Source: Felis catus (taxonomy: Eukaryota). Taken from it: DNA of 64,000 bases. Each line of letters starts with the position of its first letter. The stretch's first letter is position 1. The stretch is from positions 9,114,001-9,178,000 of the forward strand of contig NC_058368.1 of NCBI RefSeq assembly GCF_018350175.1, written 5' to 3'. The translations under genes and the position numbers were made by a program. Under the pieces are notes generated by a model that was not told where the DNA came from, made no database searches, and was given only the letters and a program-made list of their open reading frames with translations. Shown piece by piece: positions 63,225 through 64,000 of the stretch.

Positions 63225-64000
63225 TCCTTTCATCCACAACTAGTTATGAAGAACTTACTATACAAAGGGCACCATACTAGGTGCTAGCTATATATATCTA
63301 TTCTCATAGACTCTTTCTGTGGTCTACTGGGAAAGACAGACAAATGAATTACAAGGTGTGACAAGTTCTATGGAGGAAACTAATGAGTCCAGAGGCATAT
63401 ACCAAGAAGGCAAGGAAATTCAACTTTAGATAATGGTCAGGCAGTATCTTCTGAGGACAGAAAAAATAAGGCATTAGCCATATACAGAGGGCATAGAAGT
63501 ATACTGCTAAGTGTTTTTGGCATAGGTACTGAAATGTGCGAAGACTCAAACTAGCTGTGGAAAAGAGCTTGTGACTTGTTTGAGGAACTGAGAAGAACCC
63601 AGTGTAACTGAAGCCTCACAAGTCAAATGACAGAAAATCAGAGGGATAGGCAGGAGCCAGATGATGACTCTGAAGGGCCTTGGCACTGTTATATTATTCT
63701 ATGTGAATTTCTTCGTTAATGGAAAGCTGCTTAAGTTTTCTGTTTTTCAGAGGCAAAGGGAATGCAATTTATGTCTTATAAACATCACTCAAACCATTTT
63801 TGGAAAATGTAGTATAGGGTGATGCGAATGGAAGGAGAAGAATTAGCTCCAAGACTAATGCAGGAGAGTCCAGGGGAGAAAGACGGTGCTTGCACTGGAG
63901 TGGTAGTATGGAGATAAAGAGCAGTTGACAGATTCCAGAAATATTTGGCAATGGACTGGATGGGGGGTGGGGGGGAGCGAGGAATCAAAGATGACTCCTA
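63225..64000 (-). mobile_element. L2 fragment, continuing to the window edge
   Basis: gcaccatactaggtgct...tgtttgaggaactgagaagaacccagtgtaactg...ggtgcttgcactggagtggtag...ggaatcaaagatgactcc. Confidence 0.8.

Larger units (their letters stand above)
25098..64000 (-). other. UBL3: UBL3 intron 1 (partial; exon 1 with the first 9 codons and the promoter lie beyond the window)
   Basis: Exon 2 begins in phase 0 at codon 10 of the known protein. No sequence encoding MSSNVPADM and no CpG island seen up to 64000. Confidence 0.85.

Noticed and set aside
1..64000. A novel multi-gene system, CRISPR array, NUMT or endogenous viral ORF
   Set aside because: No evidence seen: one known gene plus ordinary mammalian repeats, no long ORFs and no regularly spaced repeat-spacer structure.

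Overview
Eukaryotic (mammalian) genomic DNA. The many Can-SINE copies of SINEC_Fc type and a young felid-type L1 3' end point to a felid carnivore. The only supportable protein-coding gene is UBL3 (ubiquitin-like 3, membrane-anchored ubiquitin-fold protein) on the minus strand. Four coding exons are present (exon 2 at 25097-24989, exon 3 at 20772-20686, exon 4 at 15208-15131, exon 5 CDS at 14813-14761). All have canonical GT-AG junctions, splice in frame and end in the CAAX motif CCVIL*. A 3'UTR of about 2.9 kb with no recognisable repeats follows. Exon 1 and the promoter are not in the window, so 25098-64000 is part of the long intron 1. Positions 1-11860 are downstream intergenic DNA with old L1/HAL1 remnants, an MLT2 solo LTR, SINEs, a purine-rich microsatellite and several CTCF/ETS-like motifs. 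Nearly all ORFs in the supplied track are SINE-, microsatellite- or chance-derived. I found no convincing previously undescribed biological system. The best second-look items are local: an apparent L1 3'-transduction tag, a dispersed 79-bp duplication with one copy shaped like a poison exon, a nested inverted SINE pair, an antisense SINE bias in intron 1 and co-oriented CTCF motifs 3' of the gene. Repeat family names come from recognition by eye and repeat boundaries are approximate.
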